64,000 bases of DNA from the IMG/VR virus record IMGVR_UViG_3300042387_000948, positions 62,001-126,000 of that record. One strand, written 5' to 3'. The notes under the pieces are model-generated. The model was not told where the DNA came from. It did not search any database and was given only the letters and a program-made list of their open reading frames with translations. This document shows positions 44,838 to 55,801 of the stretch, in pieces (within the stretch, counting starts at the first letter, position 1; every line of letters begins with the position of its first letter). A program made the translations under genes and the position numbers.

Positions 44838-46372
44838 TATTTTTTTAGTAATTTCATTGCCATTTGTTGCATTCCCAATAACCCAGAAGATACAAACTTC
44901 TCTTGGTTAGAACCACTTAATGCATCATATACAGTTGCGATTGCAGATGCGGAAAATACATCAACTCTCATTTTCTTACCACTCTTCGGGTCTACTACTA
45001 TATTGTTTTGATGAGTCTTTGCAATATTTTTGATTTGAGATATGATTTCAGGTTCGGTAGCTTCGTTTACCGATTGTTCTTTTTTTAGTTTACCTAAAGT
45101 TCTTTGTTTTAGTATTTTTTTTAAATCTGCAATTAATTTCTCATTACCCTCATATCTACTAAGGTTTATAATCATATCAGTTATTGCATCTTTAGAATAG
45201 TTATCTAAGTTTTCGTTTACCGATTCGTTTTGTGTTTTTGCATAATCTTCAACGTGTTTTTTTACAAAACTAGGTAATTTTTTATCGTAAAATGTTATCC
45301 TACCACTATCGGAAACATGAGCTATTTTTTTGTAATCACCGAATTCTTCTTCAGCACGATTCCAAAATATAGTACCACTACCCATACTACCTGCTCCAAT
45401 ATCATATTTAGAACCAAATTTTTTGTTTACATTATATTCGTTTACCGATTCATATTTAATCATATCAGGATTAAACTTTTCAAAATTCTTTCTTGCCCAC
45501 TTTACAGCTTCTTCATATGAATTGAATTTAATCCTATCCTGTTTGAATCCCTTTTGTTTATTTAGGTAATCAATATAAACTTTTTCTTCTTTTATTTCTT
45601 CTTTCTTACCATCAGTACCATCCATTGTATCGTGTACTGAATTTAATTGGTCTACTGCTAATGTGATTTGAGAGTACATCCACGAATCTAAGTTCTGTCC
45701 TTGTCCCATTCTTTCCAAAATCATATTTGCATAATCGGCAATTCTTTCCAAATCACCCATTGCCATTTCTTTCAATCCCTCTAATGTTTCTTCGGAATCT
45801 TCTCCTTCTTTGATTGGCTCTTCTTCAGTTTGTGGTAATGCTGCTGCAACGTGCTCTACACCTTTATCATCAACATATTCCTCTACCGTTGCTAACTTTG
45901 TATAATATTGTGGGTCTTCGAATAAATGGTCTAATGTGATTTCTTTAGCCATCTCTCTATCCGTTGTGTGTTCCATTTCGGTTTGGATACCTTTCTTAAA
46001 CTCTGCTACTAGCATATCAACACTCATTCCGTGCTTCTCTGCAATATCATTAAGAGTCATTCCTTTTGCTAAACCACCGGGAATTTGGTCTTCTCCTTCT
46101 TTAATAACACCTTCAATTCTTAATCTATCAGTAACATCGGTAACTTCATCATATCCAGAGTTTCTTAATGCATCTTCAACATCTCTCCTATCTGCTTTAG
46201 GGTCTTTTAACAATATAGTTCCAATTTTTTTACGAGTGAATGAACCACCCTTATCCCAAATTGCCATAATTGCCTTATAGTGCCAATCATTTGTAGTTAC
46301 TTCTTTTATGTTTTCTCTAACTACTGAACGGATTTCCTCCTTCATTTGTTTTTCTGATATCTTTTGTCCCAT
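44837..46372 (-). CDS. Multidomain putative virion protein (DUF5661-like EMEHT module)
   Basis: GIQTEMEHT..AKEITLDHL.EDPQYY; repeated IKE/SVNE linkers. Confidence 0.7.
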   Translation of the reverse strand: MGQKISEKQMKEEIRSVVRENIKEVTTNDWHYKAIMAIWDKGGSFTRKKIGTILLKDPKADRRDVEDALRNSGYDEVTDVTDRLRIEGVIKEGEDQIPGGLAKGMTLNDIAEKHGMSVDMLVAEFKKGIQTEMEHTTDREMAKEITLDHLFEDPQYYTKLATVEEYVDDKGVEHVAAALPQTEEEPIKEGEDSEETLEGLKEMAMGDLERIADYANMILERMGQGQNLDSWMYSQITLAVDQLNSVHDTMDGTDGKKEEIKEEKVYIDYLNKQKGFKQDRIKFNSYEEAVKWARKNFEKFNPDMIKYESVNEYNVNKKFGSKYDIGAGSMGSGTIFWNRAEEEFGDYKKIAHVSDSGRITFYDKKLPSFVKKHVEDYAKTQNESVNENLDNYSKDAITDMIINLSRYEGNEKLIADLKKILKQRTLGKLKKEQSVNEATEPEIISQIKNIAKTHQNNIVVDPKSGKKMRVDVFSASAIATVYDALSGSNQEKFVSSGLLGMQQMAMKLLKK

Positions 46373-46414
46373 TGTACGAATTTTACCTAATTTTATAGAT
46401 ATAAATATAAAAAT

Positions 46415-47308
46415 TTAATTATTCGATTGATTTTCGATAAGTTTTGCTACAAATTTCTTTACCTCTTCCTGTCCCAATTGATGCGCAGCATCATAAAACT
46501 CTTTCTTTTTATCAATTGGTTTAATTTTATCCGAATATGATGGAGTTCTATTGAAATAATCTTCGGTAATATACACCCCATCCAACACAAATTGCCTAAT
46601 ACCAGCTCCCAACTTATTACCCACTGTTGCTGCTGCCATTCCATATGTATCTTCAGGTCCATAACCTTTAAATGATTCAGGTATACCAACCAATTCCCAA
46701 AATGATTTAGAGTATAGAGTATGCATACCACATCCAAATTTAATTGTTTCTATTTCTCTCGCGGTTACAGCTTTTATTTCTTGAACCAATGTGTTATCAG
46801 CAATTTCTTTGGAATCCATTGCATAACCATATGGTTTATCTTTGTAATCCGAATGACATAAATCTTCCCAACTATCATCCCACCATTTTGGAAGTGATGG
46901 TGATACTATATATGTACCATCTAATTGATATGATATATTTAATTGATACTTTAACATATGTTCGTGCATCAAAATATCATTATCTACAAATATAAATTGG
47001 TCATAATCTAATTTGTAACTTTCTCTTTTTTGTTGTGTAGTTCCCCAACAGGATGTATCTAATATTACTTCGTTTATATTTTTAACACCATTGAATAATA
47101 CACCAAATCTTGCAACAAAATATCCTTGCTTCAATTCACTATTATCCCAATCAGTTAGCTCTGGATTTAAGTTTAGAGTTACTTTAAGTGTCACATCATC
47201 ATCCCCATCCAAATATTGAAGTGCTTTGTGATATTGTTGCATAAATCGTTCAAACATCTCTAATTCGGATGGCATTACGTGTATGCAAACTAATGTTCTT
47301 TTTTTCAT
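46415..47308 (-). CDS. Glycosyltransferase-like protein
   Basis: FVDND, YGPED. Confidence 0.65.
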   Translation of the reverse strand: MKKRTLVCIHVMPSELEMFERFMQQYHKALQYLDGDDDVTLKVTLNLNPELTDWDNSELKQGYFVARFGVLFNGVKNINEVILDTSCWGTTQQKRESYKLDYDQFIFVDNDILMHEHMLKYQLNISYQLDGTYIVSPSLPKWWDDSWEDLCHSDYKDKPYGYAMDSKEIADNTLVQEIKAVTAREIETIKFGCGMHTLYSKSFWELVGIPESFKGYGPEDTYGMAAATVGNKLGAGIRQFVLDGVYITEDYFNRTPSYSDKIKPIDKKKEFYDAAHQLGQEEVKKFVAKLIENQSNN

Positions 47309-47309
47309 T

Positions 47310-48542
47310 TTAAAATACGTTTTTAAACAATGGTTTAATCATGTCCTTTGTTGTTAATTTATATATTTCTATTTCAAATATATCCCAATCAAATGTACCA
47401 ACTGAATCATTTTGTTGTATTACAAATGGTAAATTCATAATAAATTGTTGATAATGTTCTTGCGTTAATTTAGAACCATCAAATCTAACTACCACATCTC
47501 CAAATAATTCATCATTTACTGAATAAACTTTTTCAGATATATCAAACATAGTTTCTTTACTTTCATTTTGGATGTAAGAATCGTACTCACAATCCACATA
47601 TATTCTATCACACCAAGGTTCTAATATAGAAAGTAATTGTGGTGTACAATTTACAATTACAAATGTAGTATCATATCTTTTTGGTACTATTGGTAGCATA
47701 TTATCATCATGCAATACATTGGTATGCCATTTTCTCCACCACTCTCTGAACTTATTCTCTCTTAATTTTGTATATTCTACCGAATCTTTAGGTTTGTACC
47801 ATATAGTTCCATCCGGTAATGGTATCTCTCTTTCAATTTCAATACCATCTTTAAATCTACTACCTCTACAAGTCATATGATATACAAATGCATCTCTACT
47901 TTGTACCAATTTATAACCAGCTAAATCCATCCGATTGAATATATCAGAATCTTCCAACTCCATAGGTGCAAATAATAAATCATGTCCACCAATTGATGTA
48001 AAATCTTCTTTATATAGCATCCATGGTGCAAAGATACCATATGTTACTAACCCTTCATTTTGAGTTTCTAATGTAGCAACAAAGTGTGTAAATGCATCTT
48101 CTTTTGCAAAAAATTCATCAACTTCCAATCCAAAGTTCATTACATACTTTTCAGGTCCCGGTGGGTGAAGTGGTGGTTCTATACGAGTAGCACTTACCAC
48201 AGTCATTGGTTTTAGATGCTTTAACATATTACCAACATAGTTTTCAGTAACTACCATATCCGAATGTAGAATTGTAACTATTGGTGTTGTTGCCAACTTA
48301 ATACCAACATCATATAGAACTGTATGCCCAACTCTATCCGATGATTCATTACGATATTTTGTATAGTGTTCTGCCTCTAACGAGTTTATCCACTCCCAAG
48401 TACCATCGGTTGATGCATCATCTAATATAATAATGTGGTGGTATGTTCCGTAATGTTTTTCAATACTACTAACTGCCTGCTTTAAATAAGGTAAGTTATT
48501 TCTACAAGGTATAATAAAACTTATTGGTTGGTTCTTTGTCAT
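47310..48542 (-). CDS. Glycosyltransferase family 2
   Basis: IIPCRNN, DDASTDG, HSD, EDSD. Confidence 0.88.
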   Translation of the reverse strand: MTKNQPISFIIPCRNNLPYLKQAVSSIEKHYGTYHHIIILDDASTDGTWEWINSLEAEHYTKYRNESSDRVGHTVLYDVGIKLATTPIVTILHSDMVVTENYVGNMLKHLKPMTVVSATRIEPPLHPPGPEKYVMNFGLEVDEFFAKEDAFTHFVATLETQNEGLVTYGIFAPWMLYKEDFTSIGGHDLLFAPMELEDSDIFNRMDLAGYKLVQSRDAFVYHMTCRGSRFKDGIEIEREIPLPDGTIWYKPKDSVEYTKLRENKFREWWRKWHTNVLHDDNMLPIVPKRYDTTFVIVNCTPQLLSILEPWCDRIYVDCEYDSYIQNESKETMFDISEKVYSVNDELFGDVVVRFDGSKLTQEHYQQFIMNLPFVIQQNDSVGTFDWDIFEIEIYKLTTKDMIKPLFKNVF

Positions 48543-49291
48543 TTCTTAATATAATTTCCTACTTTTGTTACTCCTTTATGCTGTACTACTATCGTAGCAC
48601 ATTCGTTTGCGTATAATATTGCTTTACCAATATCACCACTCCTACACCACTCAACTACTAAACCTGATATGAATGTATCACCAGCTCCACTATTATCTCT
48701 AACCTCCACTTCCTTTACATTGTATTCGGTTTCCATATACTTACATCCCTTTCCACTCATAGTTACAATTAACTTATCGTAGAACTCTTTGAAGTACTGT
48801 CCAGCTGCTATGTTGTTTGCATATTCGTATTCATTTATCTTAATGAATTTTGCATCTAACATATACTCATTAACAATCTTTTTGGTATCTATAAAAACTG
48901 CTGAATGTGATTTACAAATAAACTGAATATCTTCGTATGTTAATAACCCTTTATTGTAGTCCGATATAATAACTGCATCATAATCTCCAAACTTAATCTT
49001 ATCCAAATTTTTAATTCTTGGGATAGATGATGTTTCGGAATCTATTCGTATAATTTGGTGATTTGTCTTTTCTTCTACATATCGGGTTTTAGTTACCGGA
49101 TTCTCATTGGTAACTAAATGAACGTCCACTTCCAATGATTCTATATTTTCAAATACATTAGCTGCCATACCACCCGTCCGTGTCTCCCTTTTGGGGATAA
49201 ACACAGGAACGGGTGCTTCAGGGCAAAGTCTATCCGCTTTACCATAAACATAGACATCAATACAACTATCTCCTATAACTAATATATTCAT
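48539..49291 (-). CDS. PfkB-family sugar kinase, RfaE/HldE domain I-like
   Basis: RLCPEAPVP, GGMAANV, SDYNKG, DNSGAGDTF. Confidence 0.88.
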   Translation of the reverse strand: MNILVIGDSCIDVYVYGKADRLCPEAPVPVFIPKRETRTGGMAANVFENIESLEVDVHLVTNENPVTKTRYVEEKTNHQIIRIDSETSSIPRIKNLDKIKFGDYDAVIISDYNKGLLTYEDIQFICKSHSAVFIDTKKIVNEYMLDAKFIKINEYEYANNIAAGQYFKEFYDKLIVTMSGKGCKYMETEYNVKEVEVRDNSGAGDTFISGLVVEWCRSGDIGKAILYANECATIVVQHKGVTKVGNYIKK

Positions 49292-49292
49292 A

Positions 49293-49697
49293 TTACCAAC
49301 TAATTTCCCAATCTTTGAATTCTGCTGCTAAGCAATCAATTTTGTAATCTTTTCTACCACCATTCACCTCTTGGATTTTGTTCTTAGCTACGTTACGAAT
49401 ACCATTTAATCCGTGCGTTAATTCCAAATTGTTACCATCTCTAATACCTTTACGATAGTTGGATTCATTATGCCAAATGTGTAAGTTCATTTGTGAAAGA
49501 ACTACAACTGCTCTAATAGTTTCGGCAGTTACAGCTTCGGTACTCTCATCCAAATACAATTGAATATCATGTACAATTGCTGCAATCTCTTCAGCGTATT
49601 CTGCTTTGTGGTCTGTAATGAATACTTCTTTTAATTGAACAATAGATAATCTATCAATCAATTCACTTAATGTTGGTAAATATTTTCTCTCTTCCAT
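49293..49697 (-). CDS. Hypothetical protein (DUF4254-like)
   Basis: LIDRLSIVQLK, N..IWHNE. Confidence 0.6.
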   Translation of the reverse strand: MEERKYLPTLSELIDRLSIVQLKEVFITDHKAEYAEEIAAIVHDIQLYLDESTEAVTAETIRAVVVLSQMNLHIWHNESNYRKGIRDGNNLELTHGLNGIRNVAKNKIQEVNGGRKDYKIDCLAAEFKDWEISW

Positions 49698-49698
49698 A

Positions 49699-50643
49699 TT
49701 ATAAATTTGTAAAATTTTTGTTGTTGTATTTAATAATTACTTTGTATGCTTCTAACAATTGTTTGATACCATAATCCAAATCGTAGATAGGTTTCCAACC
49801 TCTACTTTCTAACTTATCATTTGATACAATGTAGTTTCTCTTATCAAAATCTTCTTTGAAATCATCTTCCTTAATAACCAAAGATGGTATATGTGATTTA
49901 ATCTTTTCTGCCAATTCCAACTTTGATAAGTTAGCAGTTGATAATCCTACGTTGAATGCCTCACCCTTACAAGCATCATAATTCTCAATGATGAATTGGA
50001 ATGTTCTAGCTATGTCCTGAACGTGAATGTAGTTTCTCTTAAAGTGTCCTTCAAACAACACTAAATAACCATCTACTGCACTTTTATAAACAAAATCGTT
50101 TACTAACAAATCCTGTCTCATTCGAGGTGATACACCAAACACCGTTGCCAATCTTAATGATACACCATTTCCATTTGCCAATAAAGCGTTCTCCGCATTA
50201 CATTTTGTTTCTGCGTATAATGATAATGGATTAAATGGTGAGTCTTCGGTAATGATTGAATCAGATGAACCATATTGTGAATTGGTATTAGGTAAGATTA
50301 ACTTTTGGTTATCTCTTAGGACTTCAATCACATCAACTACCTGCTGATAGTTTACCGCTATCGTTAAATCAGGATTTGCTTTACATGCAGGCATTCCTAC
50401 GATTGCAGCCAATGGAATAATCACATCATGCTCCCCTACTAACTTTTGTAGTAATTCTTTGTTTCTTACATCACCCATCTCAAACTTAAAACCTTCTCTC
50501 TTAAAAAGGTGTAATAATGATAGTTGTTTGTAAGATAAATTATCCAATACCGTTACTGAATAACCTTCATTTAATAGGTGCTCCGTTAATGTAGAACCTA
50601 AATACCCAGCACCGCCGGTAATTAAAACTTTTTCTTTACTCAT
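49699..50643 (-). CDS. NAD-dependent epimerase/dehydratase
   Basis: TGGAGYLG, YAETK. Confidence 0.9.
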   Translation of the reverse strand: MSKEKVLITGGAGYLGSTLTEHLLNEGYSVTVLDNLSYKQLSLLHLFKREGFKFEMGDVRNKELLQKLVGEHDVIIPLAAIVGMPACKANPDLTIAVNYQQVVDVIEVLRDNQKLILPNTNSQYGSSDSIITEDSPFNPLSLYAETKCNAENALLANGNGVSLRLATVFGVSPRMRQDLLVNDFVYKSAVDGYLVLFEGHFKRNYIHVQDIARTFQFIIENYDACKGEAFNVGLSTANLSKLELAEKIKSHIPSLVIKEDDFKEDFDKRNYIVSNDKLESRGWKPIYDLDYGIKQLLEAYKVIIKYNNKNFTNL

Positions 50644-51617
50644 CCTAATCTATTTTTTATATCGTTATATACCACTTCTAATCCTTCTCTTAATGAAGTC
50701 TTTGCTTCCCAACCCAATTCTTCTTTTACTAAATTACAATCACACCACTGTCCCCAAATTACTGTGTTCTTTGTTGTATCGTATTCGATTTGAATATCCT
50801 TACCACTAATTGCAACAACAGTCTCTGCTATATCTGATATGGTACATCTCTCACCCTTTCCAACATTGTAAGGTCCAACTAATTGTTTTTCATCCAATGC
50901 TTCAACCATTTTTTGAATACAATCTAATGCATCCTCAATAAAACAATATGAACGGGTTTCGGTTCCAGTTCCCCAAATTCTAAATGGTACTTCGGGATAC
51001 TTCACACCTCTATGTGAGAATACAGGAATAACCGAACCAGTTTCTAATTGGAAATCCTGATTTGGTCCGTAGATACCAATAAATCTTGCAATTGCTACAT
51101 TTAACCAATCATACTCAACTACCGCAGATTCGATTGCTTTTTCACCAATCAACTTTGCCCAACCATATGTTAGTTCGGGATTAGCAGGATATGCATCCGA
51201 TTCTTTAATCATTGGTGAATCTGCTATTGTTTGCAATTCCTTTGGATAAATGTGTGCTGATGATGCGTAAAAGTATTTAGTGATTTTGTTTTCAATAATA
51301 CCCCTCAATACATTACTATCCATTTTCATATTAGCGTTCATCACTTCATATGGTTTAGATAGATATGTACCAATACCACCCACTTTAGATGCCAAATGAA
51401 TTACAATATCTTTATCTTTGAATAGATGTGCTACCTGATTATAATCAGTTAAATCATAATAAACTAATTTTATATCAGATTTTACCTCTTCTAAAAATTC
51501 AGTTTTACCTCTTTCCAAATTATCGATTACCGTAACATCGTAACCTTCTTTAACTAATCTTTTTGTAAGGTGGGAGCCGATAAAACCAGCCCCACCCGTA
51601 ATTAAAACTTTTTTCAT
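50640..51617 (-). CDS. NAD-dependent epimerase (GDP-mannose epimerase-like)
   Basis: TGGAGFIG, YGWAK. Confidence 0.88.
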   Translation of the reverse strand: MKKVLITGGAGFIGSHLTKRLVKEGYDVTVIDNLERGKTEFLEEVKSDIKLVYYDLTDYNQVAHLFKDKDIVIHLASKVGGIGTYLSKPYEVMNANMKMDSNVLRGIIENKITKYFYASSAHIYPKELQTIADSPMIKESDAYPANPELTYGWAKLIGEKAIESAVVEYDWLNVAIARFIGIYGPNQDFQLETGSVIPVFSHRGVKYPEVPFRIWGTGTETRSYCFIEDALDCIQKMVEALDEKQLVGPYNVGKGERCTISDIAETVVAISGKDIQIEYDTTKNTVIWGQWCDCNLVKEELGWEAKTSLREGLEVVYNDIKNRLG

Positions 51618-52570
51618 TATAATCTTGCTGTTTCTTTATTGTTAAGATACCATTCAATAGTTTGTTTTAAACCATCCTCTAAAGTTGTGTTTGGAACATA
51701 ACCAAATGTTTCTTTAAATTTAGTCATATCGTAAAATCTCTTAGGTTGTCCATCTGGTCTAGTTGTATCCCAAACAATCTCACCTTCATATCCCACAATC
51801 TTAGCAATTGATTCGTTCAATTCTTTAATAGATGTCTCAACACCAGTTCCTAAATTGAAAGGACCTGTTTCATTACAATCCATAGCATCAATGATTGCTC
51901 TAACAGTATCACCTACATATAAGAACTCTCTTGTTGCTACACCAGTTCCCCACACCTCAACAGTAGGTGAATTTGATTCTTTAGCTGCAATGAACTTTCT
52001 AATCAATGCAGGAATAACGTGCGAATTCTCTAAGTGGAAATTATCATATGGTCCGTAAAGATTTGCTGGTAATAATACCGTTGTATTGAAACCATATTGT
52101 TCTCTATATGCCCAACCACCAATCACTAAGTTTTTCTTAGCCAATGAATAACCATAAGAATTCATATCAGGCAATCCGTTCCAAAAATCATCTTCCGAAA
52201 ATGGTACTGGAATATCTTTTGGATATCCACATCCTGCTGCTAATGATACTAACTTCTCAACACCATTGATGTAAGAGTAATGATTAAGCAACACGCTCAT
52301 CATTGCGTTCTTATAAAAGAATTCAGCCGGTCTTGCTTTGTTAGCCGCAATACCACCAACCAAACCAGCAATATGTAATACCACATTTGGTTTGTTAATT
52401 TCAAAGTAACTTTTTACATCCTCTTCATTTGTAAAATCAACACGAGATGATGTTGGTGTTAAAAGGTTTGTAAATCCTTTTGATTGCAATTGTTCTACTA
52501 AATTTTTACCTACGAAACCACTAGCTCCGGTAATTAAAATCTTTTTGTCTTTAAATTGTTCTATGTTCAT
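51617..52570 (-). CDS. fcl: GDP-L-fucose synthase
   Basis: VGGIAAN, CGYP, YSLAK, NLYGPYDNF..SHVIPALI, WGTG..REFLYV. Confidence 0.88.
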   Translation of the reverse strand: MNIEQFKDKKILITGASGFVGKNLVEQLQSKGFTNLLTPTSSRVDFTNEEDVKSYFEINKPNVVLHIAGLVGGIAANKARPAEFFYKNAMMSVLLNHYSYINGVEKLVSLAAGCGYPKDIPVPFSEDDFWNGLPDMNSYGYSLAKKNLVIGGWAYREQYGFNTTVLLPANLYGPYDNFHLENSHVIPALIRKFIAAKESNSPTVEVWGTGVATREFLYVGDTVRAIIDAMDCNETGPFNLGTGVETSIKELNESIAKIVGYEGEIVWDTTRPDGQPKRFYDMTKFKETFGYVPNTTLEDGLKQTIEWYLNNKETARL

Positions 52571-52581
52571 AATTGTTGTTT

Positions 52582-53310
52582 TTATAATGTACTAGCATAA
52601 AGGTCAGATGCTGCAAATAATTGAAAATTGGTATATCCATATGTCTTCAATAACTCCACAATATCATCACGCTTATACCCAAATTGAGTTGTGTTTTTAT
52701 CATCAAATTCTAATAATATTGATGGTTTAAATTTGTTTAAAGTTTTTTCTCCACCTTTTAATATACTTAATTCGGCTCCTTCGGTGTCTATTTTGATTAC
52801 ATCTACGCTTTCTAATTTTTGTTTTTCAAAAAATTCATCAATAGTTGTACAATAAACACTTTGTGTAGTAAACTCTCCACTTTTATCATCATAGATGAAT
52901 CTAGATGGGTCATTACCTAAAGTTGCTAAACCACTATCCGTAGTATCAACTGGTATTTTTAGTTCTAATTCTTTTGATTCATGCCAAACTCCCATATTAA
53001 AACACTCTACCCTATCTTTTAAATTGTTCAACTCAACGTTGTGAACAAGTGCCGCAAATGCTAATGGATTTGGTTCGAATGCATAACATTTGAGGGTGGG
53101 ATTTAGTAATGGTAAAAATATAAAACTGCCTGTATTAGAACCAATATCTAAAAAATTAATTTGTTCTCTATTGAATATAATGTGATTGTAAAACTGATTA
53201 ATTAATTGCTCATCATAGATAGAACCATTTCTAGATGCTCCCCAAATTGATTTACACTTATCGGATAATAATATTTCATTCCCTAAGAATGATGATTTAA
53301 AGTGATTCAT
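52582..53310 (-). CDS. FkbM-family methyltransferase
   Basis: LDIGSNTG, FEP, KIDTEGAE. Confidence 0.88.
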   Translation of the reverse strand: MNHFKSSFLGNEILLSDKCKSIWGASRNGSIYDEQLINQFYNHIIFNREQINFLDIGSNTGSFIFLPLLNPTLKCYAFEPNPLAFAALVHNVELNNLKDRVECFNMGVWHESKELELKIPVDTTDSGLATLGNDPSRFIYDDKSGEFTTQSVYCTTIDEFFEKQKLESVDVIKIDTEGAELSILKGGEKTLNKFKPSILLEFDDKNTTQFGYKRDDIVELLKTYGYTNFQLFAASDLYASTL

Positions 53311-54226
53311 ATTTTTTTATTTTTTCAAAAATCGTATTTACCTCATACTCTTGCACTTTTTCATAGGCAGCATTTATAATGGGGGTGTACATATGGTGAT
53401 TGTTAATAATGTGGTATAATTTATAGTATAAATCTTCCAAACTATACCAATATATAAAATGTTGATTGGGTGTAAACCATTTTTCAATTACATTCCATTC
53501 ATCATATTTAACCAACACTAATGTTTTACACATCATTGACTCTATGATTCTTGGTTTAAATTGTGGTATGTATCCACTTTCTAAACTTTTAAAAGCTTCA
53601 TTGTCTTCCCAATTTGGATACTTCTTTATAAATTGAAAATGGGTTTCATTTATTGGAGCTAAATTCATAGCAATTGAAACTTTTGATTTACTTAATAAAT
53701 CCCATTTAACCGAACTGTGTATATTGTTATGCGTTGGTTCATATGGTGGTGGATACTTACCCTCAACTGCGCTAAATATGTATTTGTAATCACGCATAAT
53801 ATCAATAATAGCAAAATGTTCAGCTCCAAGTAAATGCCCCATATACATTACATCATTTGTTTTAGGATGTGAGTAATCAATATGTTCAAATGATTTTTTA
53901 TTAAATGGAAATGGTATTGGTATGAATTTTGTTTTGGAAGTTTTGTTCATCCAATCAGCGGTATATGGACATATTGTATATATGTGAGTAAAATACTCCT
54001 GCTCCTCATTACAACTTTCCGTACCACAATAAGCACATGGTGCTTCTAAATTCATATAAACTCTCTTATCGTAATTTTTGTATTGTTCTTTAAGAGAATC
54101 ATTTACAGAGGTTGAATACCCCTGAAATAAAACTTCGGTTTGAGAATCATCATTATATTGCTCCAAGTTATAATAACTATTTATCATATCTTGATATTCC
54201 CCACTATATTCTGTAACTATTTTCAT
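53297..54226 (-). CDS. Glycosyltransferase (Glyco_trans_1_2-like)
   Basis: SKVSIAMN, KPRIIE, WFTPNQHFI. Confidence 0.65.
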   Translation of the reverse strand: MKIVTEYSGEYQDMINSYYNLEQYNDDSQTEVLFQGYSTSVNDSLKEQYKNYDKRVYMNLEAPCAYCGTESCNEEQEYFTHIYTICPYTADWMNKTSKTKFIPIPFPFNKKSFEHIDYSHPKTNDVMYMGHLLGAEHFAIIDIMRDYKYIFSAVEGKYPPPYEPTHNNIHSSVKWDLLSKSKVSIAMNLAPINETHFQFIKKYPNWEDNEAFKSLESGYIPQFKPRIIESMMCKTLVLVKYDEWNVIEKWFTPNQHFIYWYSLEDLYYKLYHIINNHHMYTPIINAAYEKVQEYEVNTIFEKIKKYESL

Positions 54227-54227
54227 A

Positions 54228-54929
54228 TTATTTTGCAAAAAACATTCCGTAGTTTACCCTACGTTCTGGGTTTATTAATTTATCCAATTCCAATTCATCC
54301 AACGTATAAAATTCTTTTGGATATTCTAAATAAGGGTCTCCTTTGTCCGAAAATGTTGCTTTTGGAAATACATCGCCTTCATCAAACCAACCGATTACAC
54401 CAAATTGAGTATAACCTATACTTTGTAAATGGTTTAATATTTTGTATAAACTATCTTTTTCTTCCTCATGCCACTCAAAGCAAATATCATTAGCTTTTTG
54501 AGTTAATCCACTCAATACCGTATACTCATATCCCTCCACATCAATCTTAATCAAATCAGGCATACCATATCTTTCAATCATAGAATCAATTGTTATTGAT
54601 TCTACTTTAACAGGCGGTGCCCAACTTACTGAATTTTGTGGAAGATTCTTACTACCTTGGGTAAATCGAGAATTGTTCATAAATTCAGTTGATGCCGTAG
54701 ATACTCCAGTTGTAGCATGTGAGATATAAAAATCAATTTCGTCACCTTCAACATTAGATACTAAATTGTTTAGTAATAAAAAGTTGTAATTTAATGAGAA
54801 GTTTCTTTTTAATACACCACATAAATTAGGATTTGCTTCTACCGCAATCACACTTGCATTTGGATATTTACCAAAACAAACTTCAGTAAATTCTCCTTCA
54901 TTGTAACCTATATCAAATATTAAATTCAT
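54228..54929 (-). CDS. FkbM-family methyltransferase
   Basis: FDIGYNEG, VEAN, KIDVEGYE. Confidence 0.88.
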   Translation of the reverse strand: MNLIFDIGYNEGEFTEVCFGKYPNASVIAVEANPNLCGVLKRNFSLNYNFLLLNNLVSNVEGDEIDFYISHATTGVSTASTEFMNNSRFTQGSKNLPQNSVSWAPPVKVESITIDSMIERYGMPDLIKIDVEGYEYTVLSGLTQKANDICFEWHEEEKDSLYKILNHLQSIGYTQFGVIGWFDEGDVFPKATFSDKGDPYLEYPKEFYTLDELELDKLINPERRVNYGMFFAK

Positions 54930-54940
54930 AATTTATTTTG

Positions 54941-55801
54941 TTAAACTTGTACAAACTCCATTGGATAAAACTTATGCCTTTTCAAACCAGGTTCATCTGG
55001 GTGGTAGTATTCAGGAGCTACTACTATTTTATTTGGATTTGAATTTACATATGCTGCCCACCATCCAAAACTACTAGCGTGCGAAAGTATATTATGGTCA
55101 CATAACATAATTCTACAAAAATCATCTATTTGTGGTTGACCTTCGGAAAACAAAAACTCATCTCCTTTAAAGAAGTTTTTACACCACTCTACATCAGTTG
55201 AATTATCTTCATCGAACCTCTGCCCTCCAGTGAATACTAAAAACTTTACCCTCTTACCATCAAATACTTTTTTAGCATTATTAAAGTATTGTTCATACAT
55301 CCCACCCGGTTCAAATGCTTGTATCAAACCAGTCTGACCATTAGTCATATTATCTCCTCTCCTAACATGAACACTTACTATTTCATAACCTTCGTTTTCA
55401 GATTTAATCTTATTTATGAACTCTCTATTTTGTTCAACTAATTCCGATTTAGGTGTTAGTTCTTTTTTAATTTGCTCTTCAAATCCTTCAAAGTAAAAAG
55501 TACTCTGAAAGAAACCTTCTATTGTACTACCATCGGGTATTTCAAAAAAGGTAGAATCGTATTTGTTCCAATTTGGTTCGGAATACATATATTGAATGTT
55601 AGATATATTTTCATCATCCAAATACCCAGCTTCTATATTAAATTGGTCTAACAAACAAGTCTGTCCATGCCAATTCATTGTTTGTGGGTTTGGTATTACT
55701 ACTTCATATCCGTTCCGTAAACCTAATCCTTTTAATGCAGCATATTGAAATAACTGATTACCTAATCTACCCAATTCTCCTAATTTGTGAAAAGTTATCA
55801 T
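54941..55801 (-). CDS. Alpha-1,2-fucosyltransferase (GT11)
   Basis: GRLGNQLFQYA, HVRRGD, SSFGWWAA. Confidence 0.9.
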   Translation of the reverse strand: MITFHKLGELGRLGNQLFQYAALKGLGLRNGYEVVIPNPQTMNWHGQTCLLDQFNIEAGYLDDENISNIQYMYSEPNWNKYDSTFFEIPDGSTIEGFFQSTFYFEGFEEQIKKELTPKSELVEQNREFINKIKSENEGYEIVSVHVRRGDNMTNGQTGLIQAFEPGGMYEQYFNNAKKVFDGKRVKFLVFTGGQRFDEDNSTDVEWCKNFFKGDEFLFSEGQPQIDDFCRIMLCDHNILSHASSFGWWAAYVNSNPNKIVVAPEYYHPDEPGLKRHKFYPMEFVQV

